The position numbers and the translations under genes are program-made. A stretch of DNA of 64,000 bases from Ginglymostoma cirratum (Eukaryota). How positions within the stretch are numbered: position 1 is the stretch's first letter; every line of letters begins with the position of its first letter. The notes under the pieces are model-generated. The model made no database searches and was not told the DNA's origin. It was given only the letters and a program-made list of their open reading frames with translations. The stretch lies in the NCBI GenBank assembly GCA_024137785.1, contig JAHRHZ010000139.1:38843447-38907446 (forward strand). The letters run 5' to 3'. Shown piece by piece: positions 14,483 through 29,350 of the stretch.

Positions 14483-14817
14483 CATAGAACCCCTACACGG
14501 TGGGGCAGGCCATTCAGCCCATCAAGTCCATGCTAACCCTCCGAAGAGCATCCTACTCAGACCTAACCACACATTTCCCCATGGCTAATCCACCTGGCCT
14601 ACACATCCCTGGATACTATGGGCAATTTAGCATGATCAGTCCAGCTTACCTACACATCTTTGGACTGTGGGACGAAACTGGAGCACCCGGAAGAAACGCG
14701 TGCAGACACGGTGTGAATGTGCAAACTCCACACAGACAGTCATCTGAGGTTGGAATCAAACCCAAGTTCTTGGCGTTATGAGGCAACAGTGCTAACCACT
14801 AAGCCACCATGCCACCC
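14483..14817 (-). mobile_element. HE1/V-SINE-like SINE
   Basis: Reverse complement homolog of 23096-23375. Confidence 0.85.
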
Positions 14818-15379
14818 TGGTAATACCTGGCTGTTCACAAAGTCCTATTTCTTTGGTAATTCTTCAAAGTGACGAAATATGACTCATGGCAAGAACCTGC
14901 GTGTGGAGACTTTTTGTGTGGAAATGCTGTTACACTACATGTGTGTCATAATAAATACATGCTGTATCCCATCATAAAATCTTGTGAATTACCAGTAGAA
15001 CTGAAAAACACTGGTAAAAACCATGGTCAATTTGGGGTTGAAAGCAGCAAATTCCTTGTCCCCCACTTGCCACAATTCCCTCCTCTCCGCACCACCCCTC
15101 CCTTCTGAAGATCAAGACCAAACAAAATAATTAGTTAACTATCAAATTTTACCTTTTACAAAAGGTTATGTCTTCCATGGGTATAAATAAGTACACTTCT
15201 TGGTTGAAAAAAAATTTTGATTATTTAATTATTCAACATAGAATACAGTTTTAAAATAAATACAATTTTGGTGTGTGAAATTGGAAAGTTATGGGAATCT
15301 GGTGAATGCAGTGCAGAAGCAGAGCATAATTTGTTGAATCAACATGATTTTGCAGCTACTAATCTGGGAATTGCTGACT

Positions 15380-16260
15380 CCGCTAGTCTTATATCTGTGC
15401 TTTGAAGGGTTACAGAGAAGTAACTTTGTCAGTGCCCATTTTTTGACGTATTGTCAAATTCCCATTGACCCAGCAATGAAACTAGTGATTCATCTCCTGT
15501 ATAAAATACCAACAAAACTAAAAGGAAAGATTGAAAGAGAGCTCCAAGAGATTGATGAAAAGAAGATAATCGACAGAGTCTCAGAAACTACAGACTGAGT
15601 AAATTTCACCATGATGAGAGAGAAGCCAAATGGATGACTAAGAATTTGCCTCTATCCCAGAGATCTTAACCAAAGAGGGACCCTGATCCGAGTCTAACAG
15701 TAGAAGTAATCATGGTAGAACTGACAGGGGCATAAAGTTTTGGCAAGTTCAGTTCCAGAAATTGTATTATAATGTGAAGCTAAATGCACTGTTGACGATA
15801 TCAGTACATCCCTTTGACAGCACAAACTACTCCATTTACCTTGGTGATAGTACTCCCACATCATGACATGCAATGAGAACCAATTTATTCACACTCAGTC
15901 ATAAGAATGCAGTTTCATAATTGCAGACTACCCTCACAATTCCCTTTTATCTGGAAGGTGAAAGACTTGAGAGTTACAACAGTCATCTCAGTAGTACAAG
16001 TTCTGTTTGCTGAGCAGGAGATTCTTGACAGTTCAACATGTGACAATAGCATCCAATTCACACCTGGAGATTTTAAGGAATTTGCTGAATAATATGGGTT
16101 CGACACCACTTCATTACCCTTGGGGATACAGCTTTACAGAAAGGTGTGTCCAGTCAGTTAAAATGAATACTGCACGTGTTAAGAAACAAAGGAAAACCCA
16201 AACCATACCTATTGTTTCTCGAATTCTCACATCTTGGGGTTGACATGAAAGCACCTGCAG
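15380..16260 (+). mobile_element. Highly decayed Ty3/Gypsy LTR-retrotransposon pol remnant (RT start and integrase core)
   Basis: PIDPAMK..KIP..LKGKIERELQE...IIDRVSETTD*VN, then EKPNG*LRICL.PRDLN. Integrase-like DN..QFT..FKEFA..YGF and ERCVQSVK. Confidence 0.7.
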
Positions 16261-19200
16261 AACTGTTTTAATGAAGAAAATATATGAATACCCTGCCAAG
16301 CAAAATAGGTGACCAGGAGGAGGAGACAACAACTCATTGAAGCACAGGAAAGAGGAAATCAGCACTTCAATAAGTATGGTATGCTCGTACCTGAGCTGTC
16401 GAAAATTTAGAAGATGGAGGAACATCTCACCAAACAGTGCAGTAATATTTTTTATAGAAGAATACACGCTAAAAAAGGCTCAGTTTATTTCCAAAAAAAG
16501 TCATTCTAGTTGTCTCATCCTCATATCCTCCTGATCCTTTCTCTTATCTAGCTTTCCCTTAAAAACATGCAATACTCCATGAATAGATACATTTAGTACT
16601 GTTATTGTTAATAATATATGTTTAAGTGCAAAGCACAAAATGGAGTTTTGTAACAATGATATTTGTGCAGGATTTTTTTTGTCAGATGCCCACATGATTT
16701 GTGCTTAATGCAATCTCCTGGATGGTGGATGTAAATGCAAGAAGGTTGTGCAGAATGGAGAAATTTTAAAAGAACAAGTCAATGTAAAAAAAGGCAGTTG
16801 CCGTCTCTGAAAGTGTGATTTCTTGAATACGATTCCATGAGTGTGTAATATTGGCTCAGTTCATCCAGAAAACTAGATGATAAAAGGCAGGCAGATTCTC
16901 ATATTTTGGGAAGTCAGTGGTATTGTTCGATTTGTACTACAACTAAAAGTTCGCTTTTGGTTGAAAGTATGTCTATAAGATTCTGAAGGGACTTGACTGG
17001 GAGAATGTCTTCTCTGGCAGAAGAATCTGGAACAGTGTCACAATCTCACAATAAGGTGTTAACTATGTAGAACTGAGGTCAGGAGACATTTCTTTATTCA
17101 GAGGATAGTGGATCTTTGAAAATCTCTGCCCCAGAGAACTGTTGATATTTAGTTGCTAAGTATATTCAAATCAGAGTTTAAGATACCATGGAAAACCAGG
17201 GACATAGGGCAGTGTGAGAAGGTGAAGCTGAGGCAGAAGATCAACTATTATTTTATTGAATGGTGTAACAGGCTCAAGGGGCTATATCTTTCTCTTATTC
17301 CTTGTGTTGTTATCTGTTACTTGGGTATGATTGAGGTTTGGGGAGGAAACCAAAGGCTGTACACCTCTACAATAGGGAGCCTACCTATTTCCATCTTTAC
17401 TCATGCATCTTTGTGACCGATCCATGCCTACTTAGCTGGCAATAACTATGGACAGTAATGTTCACAGGCTCAGTTTTACCATGAGGATAGTACTGACATA
17501 GCGTTTCCTTGCTTCTTGTTCCAATGAAATAACAATGAATTATATTTTTATACCACCTTTAGCATAATAAAACATCCTGAAGATGCTTCATAGGAACATT
17601 ATAAAACAAAATATTACAATGAGCTACTTAAAGCAATATTAGACAAGCTGACCATAAGCTTGATCAAAAAGACTAGATTATAAGGAGTGTCTCAAATGAG
17701 AAAAACAGGGCAGAAATAATTTAAAGAAATAATTTCAGAGCTTTGGATCTAGGCAACTGAAGGTCCACCTATAATTTGGGAACAGTTGGATGGTGCAGAA
17801 GTGAGCACATTTTGGAATGTGTCTTATACCATTCCACAGTTTCTTGAGGATTGTCTCTTTTTCTCCTTTTTTTAGGATTCTTCTTAAAATTATTTGACCT
17901 AGGGGTTATGTGTATCATTGTCAATTTTTGTTTCATATTGCTTCTGTGAAGGAACTTAGGGCTTTATGCGATTTGGAAGTGTTAAATAAGCGCAAGCTAT
18001 TGTTGTAATTACCCTAGGACTACTACCGTTAAAAATCATTGGTGATCTTGATTTTTATGCATGTAGCAGATTTCACAGACCACTAAACAATCGTGCTGTT
18101 AGCTGTTAGCATGGCAGTGAGGTAACTTTTGAGGTTTGTGTGTTTTATTTTGTGTATTAGCCTACCTAACATATACCACAAAACGTCAGATCTAGGAGGT
18201 TTATTAAAAATTACATATGTACACAAACATGATAGGTCAGACATACATATACAATCTGAGTTATAGATATTTTTAATCAACCTATTCAGAGATGATTTTG
18301 CATGCCTCTGGAGCAGGTGGAACTTGAAACTGGGCTTTCTGGCCCAGAGGTAGGGCTAATACCACTGCACCTCATCAGCTCCCCGTTTTGGGTTGTATGG
18401 TTACTTAGATTACACGTGCAAAGCTGGCTGACTGTCTATTGACTGAATATATATGGAGCAAGGTGGAGACCAGTTTACTACAGCATCACATGGTTTGATG
18501 TCATCCAGCTGACTCAAAGGTACAGTATTTTCTAATCTGTGCAATAAAGCAGTAACTTTAGATGCATTCTCCTTTTGCTTTTAAATCATGTGCTTGCTGA
18601 TTAGAACTTCTTAATTTTATTTATTTTAAGGTACTGTTTGATGCTATGAAGGGTAAAATTGTTTTGAAAAAGTGGCAAATAATTGCACAAAAAAATCTCA
18701 ACTGGTCTGGAGGGTGCAGCAAAACATGTTAAAATAATATAAATCCCTATAGTCAGGACATCAAAAGAAAGGTATGTGGCTGGCCCTCGGACTTCCCTTA
18801 CATATAGATTAAAATACGCTATATCTGTATAACATTTGTTTTGTAGATCGATTATTTTAATAACATTTGGTTTGCTGCTGCTTAGCATCAGAAACATTCT
18901 AGAATTAAAGCCTTACATGCTTAAGTCCAAATATTTTTTGATTCCCCATTGGGAGTGCGAAGGTGCTGGTGCAGATTCCCATTGTTCAAGCAAATAATCC
19001 TCTGTGACCACCATGCCCTCAGCTTAAAGATGAAAAAATGTTTCTTTGAGTATATTCTTCTGGTAAAATAAATGGTGGTGCAGCTTCCAATTAACCTCCA
19101 AGCTCAGTATATGATAATTAAAATTGCAGGAAAATAAGAAGTAAATTGTCAACAGCAAGAATGACAGGAAGCTAATCATCTATTACTGATCCTGCTATTG

Positions 19201-21599
19201 CTAGAAACTCTGGAACAGTGACTTGACTTGTGCCACCTTCTGGAATCTGATCTGCAGACAATGCCAATAACAGAAGGGTGGCAGTGTAAGTGCCTGCAAA
19301 GCTGACTAACACACAGAAAGTTCTGATGAAAGGTCATGAACTTGTTACCTTTGTAGATATAGCTGAACCGGTTAATTAGAAATGTTATGATATGCACCTG
19401 GAGCATCAGTGAATGGTTTTATTATCACGTCTATTTTAGAATAAAAATGCGATAAAATACAGTGAAAGTCCTTGTGGACAGCTTTCATCTTTTGCCACAA
19501 TTCAGCGCCATTTTGAATAACTTAAGAATAAGGAAAAATATTGTTTTAAGAGAGTCCATCAGTTCTGAGCCAACTTATCACCATCAATGATGCCTGCACC
19601 GCCATCCCTCCTCCATCGCTTTGCTGCCATCTACACTGGACCCAACCAATGTCGAAGTTGCCGATCCTCAGGTGCCATCTTTCTGTCTCTGTGATGCCCT
19701 TCCACCACTGTTTCGCCGTCAGCACCGTACACAACCAATGTCAAAGTCACCAATCCACAGGCACCATCTTTCATCGCTGGGCCTAACTCACTGACTGCTT
19801 CCACCAATGCAGCAGACATCGATTCCGATGCTAGATCCTGTACTTACCAGGGAAAGGGAAGCTGGGCCCACTCTCCTCCACGTCGGACTTGGTTAAGATC
19901 TGCACTGGGCTTGCTTTCCTCTGCACTGATCCCACTCAATATCCGCATTGGGCTCAGTCTCCTCTGCGCTGCACCCAGTCGAGGTCTGTGCTGAGCTTGC
20001 TCGAGGGCCATGCTGGGCTTAATTGAGGTCTACATTGGGCTCTCATCGCTGCTGGTGCCGTCTGAGCTCAGGACAAAAGGTAAGTAAGGGTAGAAAGAGA
20101 AAAAAGAACAAGAGGGGTAAAAAAGGGAAAAGCAGTCAGAGCAGGCAAGCTCTGGCTCAGGAGTCCTACTCCTCTGGCATCTTGTTTCTGCACCATTTAC
20201 AAAGGGACCTGCACGTGGGACCTGAACCCTGGCCTCCTTGCTGAGAGTAGGGACACTACATCCACACTACAAGAGCCGTCTTGATAACTTTGTACATTTG
20301 TACCCCTGTGGCTTGCCAGACTTAAGTCATCACTGATGTCACTATATGTAAATAAGGTCTTTAGGGTGGTAGCCATTTTGCACAAATGCATTAGAAATGA
20401 CGTGACAGGTTTGAGTGGATTTTGATAGCTGAAAGGGAGCCAGTAGATGTTATAAACAGCAAAGAATTATCAAGAATTTACTCTGCAGCTTTGTACTGGA
20501 TATTGGCAACTGGGTGAGTCACTGTGGCTTTGAAATTTCCAATACCTGTTCCTCTAGATTTTAGCAGGAATTGACAATTGCTAGTATCGATGGCAGATTT
20601 TTTAAAAACCCACACATTTGAAAAAGGAACTTGAATGCAAACAACTCTGTTATCAGTGATGGAGAAAGAATGCTATACACTGTATTCATCTCAGCCTTCA
20701 CTAAGGAACAGAAAAATTGGATTGTGAAATTCTGGAGAATCTTTGATATGGATCAGGAGTTTCTAATCCTCTTTGCAGAATGAGTTTTGGATTTAAGTCT
20801 TTATTGTGGTTGTAGTAAGGCAGTCTTATTCCCAGAGGTATTTGAAGGTGTCCATATGAGCTAGTCATTCCAGATAATGATTTTTAATACTCCAGTAAGT
20901 TATCCTTGGATACCTACATGGAGTGTGATGGTCAGTGACAACTATTTTGTTTAGACATTCCCTTGAAAGTTAATTAATTTGGTTACTTTCAAGTTAGGTA
21001 ACTTTGGCATTTTAATGTACCCTAGCTAATCTTTAAGTGTTTCCCTGAAACCAAAGCCCAAGGCTGTAAGTTAATTGTTGAGTTTGAAAGAAGAATAATC
21101 CATATTTTATTTCATTGTGATAATATTATGTAAATGGAGCAAGAGATGGATTATCGACATGCCACTTCTGACTGAAGATGATCACAAATACTTCAGCCTT
21201 GTCATTAACCTTGTTTTGATTTGATTTATTACTGTCACGTCTACTGAGATACCGTGAAAGTCTTCTCTTGAGTGCTTTATGGTAGATTGTACTATTCAAG
21301 TGCAATGGCGTAACAGAGCAGAATGCAGGATACAATATAACAGCTGCTGTTGTATACAGTGATACAGTGTTTTGCTGGGCTGCCCAGCAAAAGGAGGGGA
21401 TACATGTGGAGCCTCCTTCTGCAGTTAGGTGTTAAATTATTCACCACCATTCACAATTGAGTGTAGCTGAACTACAAGGCTCGGATCAGATCTAAAGGCT
21501 GTGGTATTGCTTAGCTTTCTCTATCATGTGGGGATATAGAGGTATGAAGTTGCAGATTACACTTGATTCTGATAATACTGGTAATACTGCTAACTCGCA

Positions 21600-22400
21600 G
21601 GAGCTCAGTTTTGAGTTGCTAGATTTTTAAAAAATCTATTGAATTAACCAAGGTGCAAGTGCCACACAACGTGGACTGAATCCTTATTGTGACGTTAGAA
21701 CTGTCTCCACCAGGGCTTTCAGTGCTTGCACCTACTGATACTGTCACGGACAATGCATCTGTGACATGTGGTTTGGTAAGGGTGAGGAAGTGAGCTTTTC
21801 CTCTTGTTGGTTTCCTCATCACCTGTTGCAGACCTAATCCAGTAGCCATGTCCATCACCCAGAGTACATTTTGTGCCCTTGCGACCTTCAGAGTTTCTCC
21901 CAATTGGTGTTCGACATCTCAGAGCATTGATTCATCTGTTGAAGTGATGGTGGTGCAATAGATGGTATTCAGCAAGTAGTGCTCTTGCCCATGTTTGATC
22001 TGATGCCATGAGGCTTCATGGATTCCAAAAACAATGTTGAGGACTCCCAGAGAAATACTCTCATGATTGCATACCAATTTGCTGCCACCTCTGGTGAATC
22101 TGTCCTACCAGTGAGATAGGAGGAATCCAGAAATGGTGCTGGAGGCACCTGGGATAAAGTCATACTTGACTTAAAAAGTCAGACTGCTGCTGATTTAGTC
22201 TCTGGGACAACTTCTAATTTTTGCACAAGCCCCAGATGTTAGTAATGGGTCATTGACATTGCAGGTCAAGTAGGACTGGCTGTGTTGTTGTCTTTTCCAT
22301 TGCCTTGGTCATTCTCAGCTGGTCTGTCTAGTTTTATTTTGACTTTGTAGCAACTTAATATGTCTGAGTGGATTTCATGGCCATTTCAGAGGGTATGGTA
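21600..22400 (-). mobile_element. Decayed LINE (L2/CR1 group) endonuclease region
   Basis: ETLKVARAQNVLW..LGLQQVMRKPTRG resembles the APE C-terminal half. Confidence 0.5.
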
Positions 22401-22614
22401 GACTTATTTCCCTAAAATCCTTCAGTTGACCTGCTGCCTGCCCGCAGAACTTGTAAACTTGTCTTCAAGACCATTCAATAGTCTTCTGGCAGCTATGCTA
22501 CAATCACCTCATGGTAGAATGTCCATTTCCAGCTAGCGCCTGCCACATGGTTGCTATTGCCCTATGTAGCTGCCACCCACTCTTTAAAAATAAACTTTTT
22601 TTTTTGTCCACCAC

Positions 22615-22731
22615 TTTCTCATCAGAGTACAATGTTGTGTAGTTAATGAATGCCAAGAGGCTCCTCTCATCAATTTTCAACTGGCCAGTAGCCAATTATG
22701 CAAGGTGATGCAGGAGAGAACCTAGTTCTCC
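22615..22731 (+). repeat. 117-bp direct repeat, copy 1
   Basis: Near-identical to 24232-24348, with only a handful of substitutions and no gaps. Confidence 0.9.
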
Positions 22732-23095
22732 AAATTCCTGAACAAATAGATGTGGTATACATCTCATCCATTGGGATTTGTGTGCCTCATGGCTTAAATT
22801 GCTACCTGTGCGTGCAATGCATGTGTAGGGAAGGCATGACTGGAATCAACGAGAAAGATCATACTCTTTAAAATCTATGCGTGATAGTTTCTTTAGGGAC
22901 TGTGTATTTGGGGTAAAGTGCAAATGATGGTGCATTTTTCTTCTTTTGCTTTAAGAAAAGGGGAATGTTTGGAATACATTTCTACAAGTGCTGGCTCTAC
23001 ACATGTGACCTCATTATATGTAAATAAAGGCTTTAGGGCGGAAGTGTTGCCTATTGCCCTCCCAGTGAACACAATGATTATAGCCTGTACTTTAG

Positions 23096-23375
23096 GGGTG
23101 GCTCAGTGGTTAGCACTGCTGCCTCACAGGGTCAAGGACGTGGGTTCGATTCCACCCTTGGGCGACTCTGAGGAGTTTGCACATTCTCCCTGTATCTACG
23201 TGGGTTTCCTCCGGGTGCTCCAGTTTCCTCCCTCAATGCAAAGATGTGCAGGCTAGGTGGATTGGCCATGCTAAATTGCCCATTGTGTCTGGGGATGGGT
23301 CTGGGTGGGATAGGGTCAGTGTGGACTTGTTGGGCCGAAGGGCCTGTTTCCACATTGTAGGGATTCTTTGATTCT
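23096..23375 (+). mobile_element. tRNA-derived SINE (HE1/V-SINE-like) with CR1-type tail
   Basis: A box TGGCTCAGTGG (23099-23109), B box GGTTCGATTCC (23143-23153), V-domain ggagtttgcacattctccc..gggtttcctccgggtgctccagtttcctccc and tail gggccgaagggcctg..gattct. Confidence 0.85.
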
Positions 23376-24231
23376 TAATGCACCTACTTCTTTATTTATC
23401 ACTCAGTCAGTTTAGCACTACAGCATAAAATTGCATCAGGTTATAAACAAAGCTGCCTCAGACTTAAATACTGAATTACTTATATTGGTGAGAACTAGCT
23501 ACCCAGGCTTCATTCACTCAGCTGGGTCTGTCCTTCCCTGAACTCTGAGCTCAGTGTCCTGCTTCTGCGATGGCTGCTCCCAAATTATGCTGCTGATGCC
23601 TTCAAAACACTTATTTTAATATATTTTCTCTTGAATGTTCAATCCCACCCAGGACCCTTGTGATTCTAAGATCGTCCATCCAAGAGCGTATAGATGAGAT
23701 ACATCTATTTCATTGTCCTCCCTTCCACCTTTGATTATATAGCCTTGATAACCACAAAGGTGAAGCAACGTTTTAGTAGCCCTTATCACCAAATTCCTGC
23801 TTATCAAGCAGTGTCTTGTTTTGTCTTGCACAGTGGGTTATTGTTCCTGTGAAGTTGGCCACTTTTTCCCATCATTCTTGTAGAGACTTGGCTGTTAATT
23901 GTTCTGGCACAGTGTAGATATTAAGATGCAACCATACAGCTACAGTAGCCAGTTTACACATCACATGGAACATTGACTCTTTTTTTGTCCAAGGTTCCTG
24001 CCAGTTCTACTGAATACATCCAGTGTTTTCCATCATTATTTCAAATATTCAGCAACCACAGAATTTTGCTGTTGCACATTTGAGTTATATGTTCCAACTT
24101 ACCTCAGGGCAGCATATGTTTATTGTAGAGAAAAGAATGTCATTGCTTTTCCTTGAGAAAATCAGCCATAGATTGAAAACATATAACAATTCTTTCAAAT
24201 TTTCCACCAACTAGGCATTGTCAAAAAGCAT

Positions 24232-24348
24232 TTTCTCATCAGAGTAAAATGTTGTGTAGTTAATGAACACAAAGAGGCTCATCTCATCAATTTTCAACTG
24301 GCCAGTAGCCAATGATGCAAGGTGATGCAGGAGAGAACCTAGTTCTCC
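24232..24348 (+). repeat. 117-bp direct repeat, copy 2
   Basis: See 22615-22731. Confidence 0.9.
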
Positions 24349-24402
24349 TGTCAGTATTCTCCTAGTTAGTATTCCTTTATTTCACATTCTCCAATACTTC
24401 AA

Positions 24403-24815
24403 GTCATAGAGTCAGACAGCATGGATTCAGATTCTTCGGTCCAACTCATCCGTGCTAACCAATTTGACCTAGTCCCATTTGCCAGCATTTGGTCCATATC
24501 CCCCTTAAACCCTTCCTATTCATATACCCCTCCAGATGCCTTTAAATGTTGCAATTGTACCAGCCTCCACCACTTCCTCTGCCAGCTCATTCCATACACA
24601 CACCACCCTCTGCCTGAAAAAGTTACCTTTCGGGTCCTTTTTAAATCTTTCCCCTCTCACCTTAAACCTATACCCTCTAGTTTTGGACTCCCCTACCCTT
24701 GGAAAAAGACCTTAGCTATTCACCCTATCAATGCCCCTCATGATTTTATAAATCTCTGTAAGTTCACCCCTCAGCCTCTGATGCTCCAGGGAAAAAAGCC
24801 CCAGCCTATTCAGCA
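24403..24815 (-). mobile_element. CR1 3' fragment
   Basis: gtcatagagtc tail and ccctcatgattttataaatctct, the reverse of the CR1 ORF2 end. Confidence 0.7.
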
Positions 24816-27800
24816 CCTAAACAAAAGTCAAAGAAGGGAAGTAAGATCTCAAAGAATTGAAAATTATCATCCTTAGCCTGGGATGATTCATCTGAGACGA
24901 CCTGAACCTCAGGATAAAGGAATTTGTTTCTTGCTGATTAAGTATTCCATGAAAACTTTGCTTTTTGTTTTGGAACAGGTGAGAATGGAAGGGACAGGAA
25001 AGTCGTGGTAAGAAGACAGTTTATAGTGGACATCATGAGTTAGAGATTGGCAAAAATCATAAATATTGATTCTACCAGTTTATAAATTATGGATAAAATG
25101 TACCATTGAGCTTTTTCAACCCTGTCGAAATTTAGCAGTGGATATGAGTGTGCCCATGTAATTTTCCAAACATTAATTTTAAAATTGGATCACGTTCTCT
25201 TTCACGCTGATGTAAAGGCACCAATTATGTATTTGCCATATATAATTATTGTTAAACTCGGGTATGCATTTCACACTCATACATGGTAGCTTAACATTGA
25301 TGCAAATTTTGACTATTCAGAATTTCAGCCTGCTGGAATTACTGTAAGGATGTAAGTAAGAGTAAGGATGACTTGGGGTTAATAGTACAGAAAATAGCGT
25401 AGGTGTTTATTATTATACGGTTCCTTATAAGATATCGTAGCAAAAGTGCTGGTGTTTAATCTCCAAACTAGCTCTGGTGAAATGTCTCCAATTGTGTCAT
25501 CTGCACCAGAAAGAGCAGAGTACATCTCTGTGTATCCAAGAACCATGTCCTTTCCGGCCCTGAGGTGCTTGTCATCAGGACGGTCTCTTTCACTGCATTA
25601 CCTCATTATTGCATGTTTTCAGCTTCATTAGGACTAAGTAAATAAGATGTTGATTAACATTTGAGGAGCGTGTGTCAAATGGCGCAGTAAAGCAAAGAGG
25701 TATGGAGGGATCACTGTCTTAGGGTTACTTGTGAAAGCAATGCTATAAAGGTAGATTAATCAATTATACTGTGAGATCTTCATCTAGTGCTCTCCTCAGT
25801 CAGAGTGCACTATGGAGATTTAGTCGTACAACTTTTAATGATGAAGAATTGCAGGTGGCTAGTTTGCGCAAGATGAATAACTGACTAAGCTGATTAAGGT
25901 AATCATTGAATCTAGTCTGTGGACCTCCAGGCTAGGAGAATCTGCACTCAGTAACAATGTTGTCACTTTTTTCCTAGCATAAGTGACTATCATGTTAAGT
26001 ATCCTGACATGATATTCAATACTCATTCTTCACGCTGTTCCAATTTATTGTGGTGGGTTTGCAGGTTGGATTCAGTGAAATTATAATATTTTCTTTATCT
26101 TTATGACATTGATCGTTGTTCTTTCTTTGGCTGCCTCTACTTGGTTCTCTTCTGCTAGATATCCTTGTAAAGTCACATCCAATAAAACTACCAACAAATT
26201 AATCCACTAGACTGAGTACATTTCCTTCTTACTTGCTGTTAGCCCTAGCCTGCTGCTGTAATCTTCACCTAGACATGTGAGATAGTTGAAGGGGTTGTCA
26301 GCCAACTAACTCTATAGTCTTCATAATGCATTTATCAAATGGGATTTCTTTATCACAATTATCTGGCAAGCAGTTATTATTGAGAAGTATTCCAGCTGTA
26401 TATTTGGGAACCACTTGTGTGCAATTCTGGGAGTAAGGGCTTTCCTGTTCACGTTTTGTATTGGGATTGTCTCAGTTATGCATGCACCATTTAAAAGGCA
26501 GTAATGAATCACTTGTAATTACATTCTCATTTCTTTCCTGGATTCAGGCAGTTTAGAGCAATAAAGCCAAAACATACAGCCTTGCTGTTTAATGATAACA
26601 GTTAAGTTAAAGCCAAGAGTTCAATTTTGATTCTTATAGCATTGATGAGATTTTCTTTACCATGAGTTGCCTGCAGATGTAGAAATGTTTAATTGGCTTT
26701 CTATCTTTGGTCTAGGGACGTGTCTAAAGTTTTTTTTCTCCACAATTCTTCACAAATGTTCTTGTGGATCTACCTGGAATGCACATTGGGAAAGTATACA
26801 CCCCTCCCCCACAGCTGCATCTCAACTTGTGATCTGCTAACACTTAAATTAACAGAGAGAAAATCATAGGTGCTGACATGAATTCTAAGCTGTTGAAGTG
26901 GAAAGTCTCCCATTATAACTCTGTCAGTACGTCAGCTTTTACGTAGAAATAAACCACTTAAATGGCTAACTTCACCAAGTAAAGGTTGTCATTCAGTAAA
27001 CAGGTCATTGTTACTTGGTCATAAATGAGAAATCTTTAACTTTGCCAGTACAGTGTCCAAGATATTACTGTCTTACTTTAAGGCAGCAATTATTATTAAA
27101 TTTCTGCCTTATGGAAAAACATTTTCCATCAATGGTATATAAAGAAACAGAATATTTACCAATATACTTTTGTTAAGGAAACTGTTAGAAAATTGGAAAA
27201 AATCTTCAATGATAATCACAAATTGAAATGTGTATCAGAAAATAATGACAAGTGTGCAATTACTGCAATTTAATATCAAAGTTTTTATGTCAAGATTGAT
27301 CACTTTTACTCATATGCATTTGTCTAATTACAGAAAATACAGCCTTGTTTTATCAGTTGCTCAATTATTTATCATATTTGGTATTATTAATAGTTTGGAT
27401 AATTTCATAGGAAGTGATAGCACATCTGAAAATTGTCAACACATTACATCAATCTAAAGGAACCCCAATAATTTTATGGTAACTCTGGACTAAATTGTTG
27501 TTGACTAACAGAACAGAACATAACCTGAGGAACAGTAAACCTTAATATTGCTCGGATGATTTTTGTAATATAGGTTGATGTACCAGCTGAATTATAGTGG
27601 AATATTTTTCACTTCAAAACTTTTGGTACATGCCTGGAATTCAGACCTAAGAAATATCATAGGCTGGGAGTGCAGAATTTGATGTAAAAAGTGCATGATC
27701 TGTATATTTGTGATCACAATGATTAATTTGTAGTTGACAACACTGGAATATGATAGTTATTTGGAAAGTGTGATCAACATCTGAGGATGATGTAATATAT

Positions 27801-29350
27801 CTCTTGTATTTTATTGTGCTCCTACATTTTCTTGTAAATTCATGAAGAAAATAAATTCATGCCTGTCTACTTTTTTAAGGACCGTAACTTTAGCATTTTG
27901 CAGAACCTGTCTCTTTTTTTAAAAAATGCACCTAGAAAGGACTAGCTGCCTGTAGCCAGTATTTAATTTTTGAACACACAAAGTCCCAAAAATAACAATA
28001 TGCTGTATATTCAGTTAATCATTTTCTTTGTTGGTATTGATTAGAGGAATAAATGATTCATTGGGTAGCTCAATTCCACTCTGAGAAGATATTTCTCCCT
28101 CCACAGATGTTGTCTCACCTATTCAATATATCTAGAATTTTCTGTTTTTATGTATGTTTCCAGCATTTACAGTATTTTGATGTAATTGTGCTGAAATAGT
28201 ATGTAATAATGGCTTAAATACATGATTCTTTGAGTAAGAATATGTCAGGCTGTTACTTGATTAGGCTTATCATACGCTTTCTCATATGCTTTATCATATT
28301 CTTATCATGTCTGGTGCCTTGTTTGATGCTGCAGGATTCTTCTGGGTTTACTTTTATAGTTTTTTGTGGTGCCTTGATGCAATTGAGTGCCTTGTTAAGT
28401 TATTACAGAGGGCAATTAAGTATCAACTATATTTCTACAGGTTGGGAGTCACCAGACTGGGTAACGATGGCAGATTCCCTTCTCTAAAGGATATTTGTGA
28501 ACTAGATGACTACTGTGATAATCCAGCAGTTTCTGCTTTACTATTATTATTTGATCCATATCTAGTTGACTAAATTAATTTTAATTCACCATCTACCATA
28601 ATAGGCTCTCAACTCAAGGACCATATGTGTGGATTACTAGTCAAATAACATGATCACTTTGTTCCACAGAGTCGTCTTTTCTGACAAAGTTGAATCAACA
28701 GAGTAAACCATATAGATGGTAGATACAACAAATGTATTGAACAATGATTTAGTATTATTTATAAACAGTTGTTTGTGCTTCAGTTGTGATGTTACATCTG
28801 TGGTAATGACATGTATGATTATTTTGCATGTGTAGAGTGTGAGGAAGCATAGAGAGGTTATAACAGAAGGAGGCCGTCATGTCCATACAGGCTTTCTGCA
28901 ACAGGCACTCAGCTAGTTCCACTTTCCTGTGCTTTCCCAATAGCATTATTTTTCACTTCACCTAATTATCCAATACGTTTTGAAGATCTGGATTGAATCT
29001 GCCTCCTCCACACTTTTTAGGCAGGGAGAACGGATCCTAATCACTTGCTTCATAAAAATATAAAACATAAATATGTATATCATCACATCACCTCTGCCTT
29101 TTATTTGCCCTTCCCCTTAAATCAATGGCCCCGAGTTTCTACCTTTCTGCCAATTGGTACAGTTTCTCCATATCTATGCCGTCCAGGTTCTTCATTATCT
29201 TAACCTTCCAATGAGAAATTCCACTATACGTATACTTCCATCAGAACAAAAAAAAACTATTTACCACCACTCTATTTGCTGTCACTCAACGAACTTCACA
29301 TCCATGCTGCCACTGTTGTGCAAGTGATTTTTAAATGAGCAGCTAAACCA

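Noticed and set aside
23096-23160. tRNA gene
   Set aside because: The A and B boxes belong to a SINE head that continues into the V-domain and LINE-derived tail, with no complete cloverleaf.
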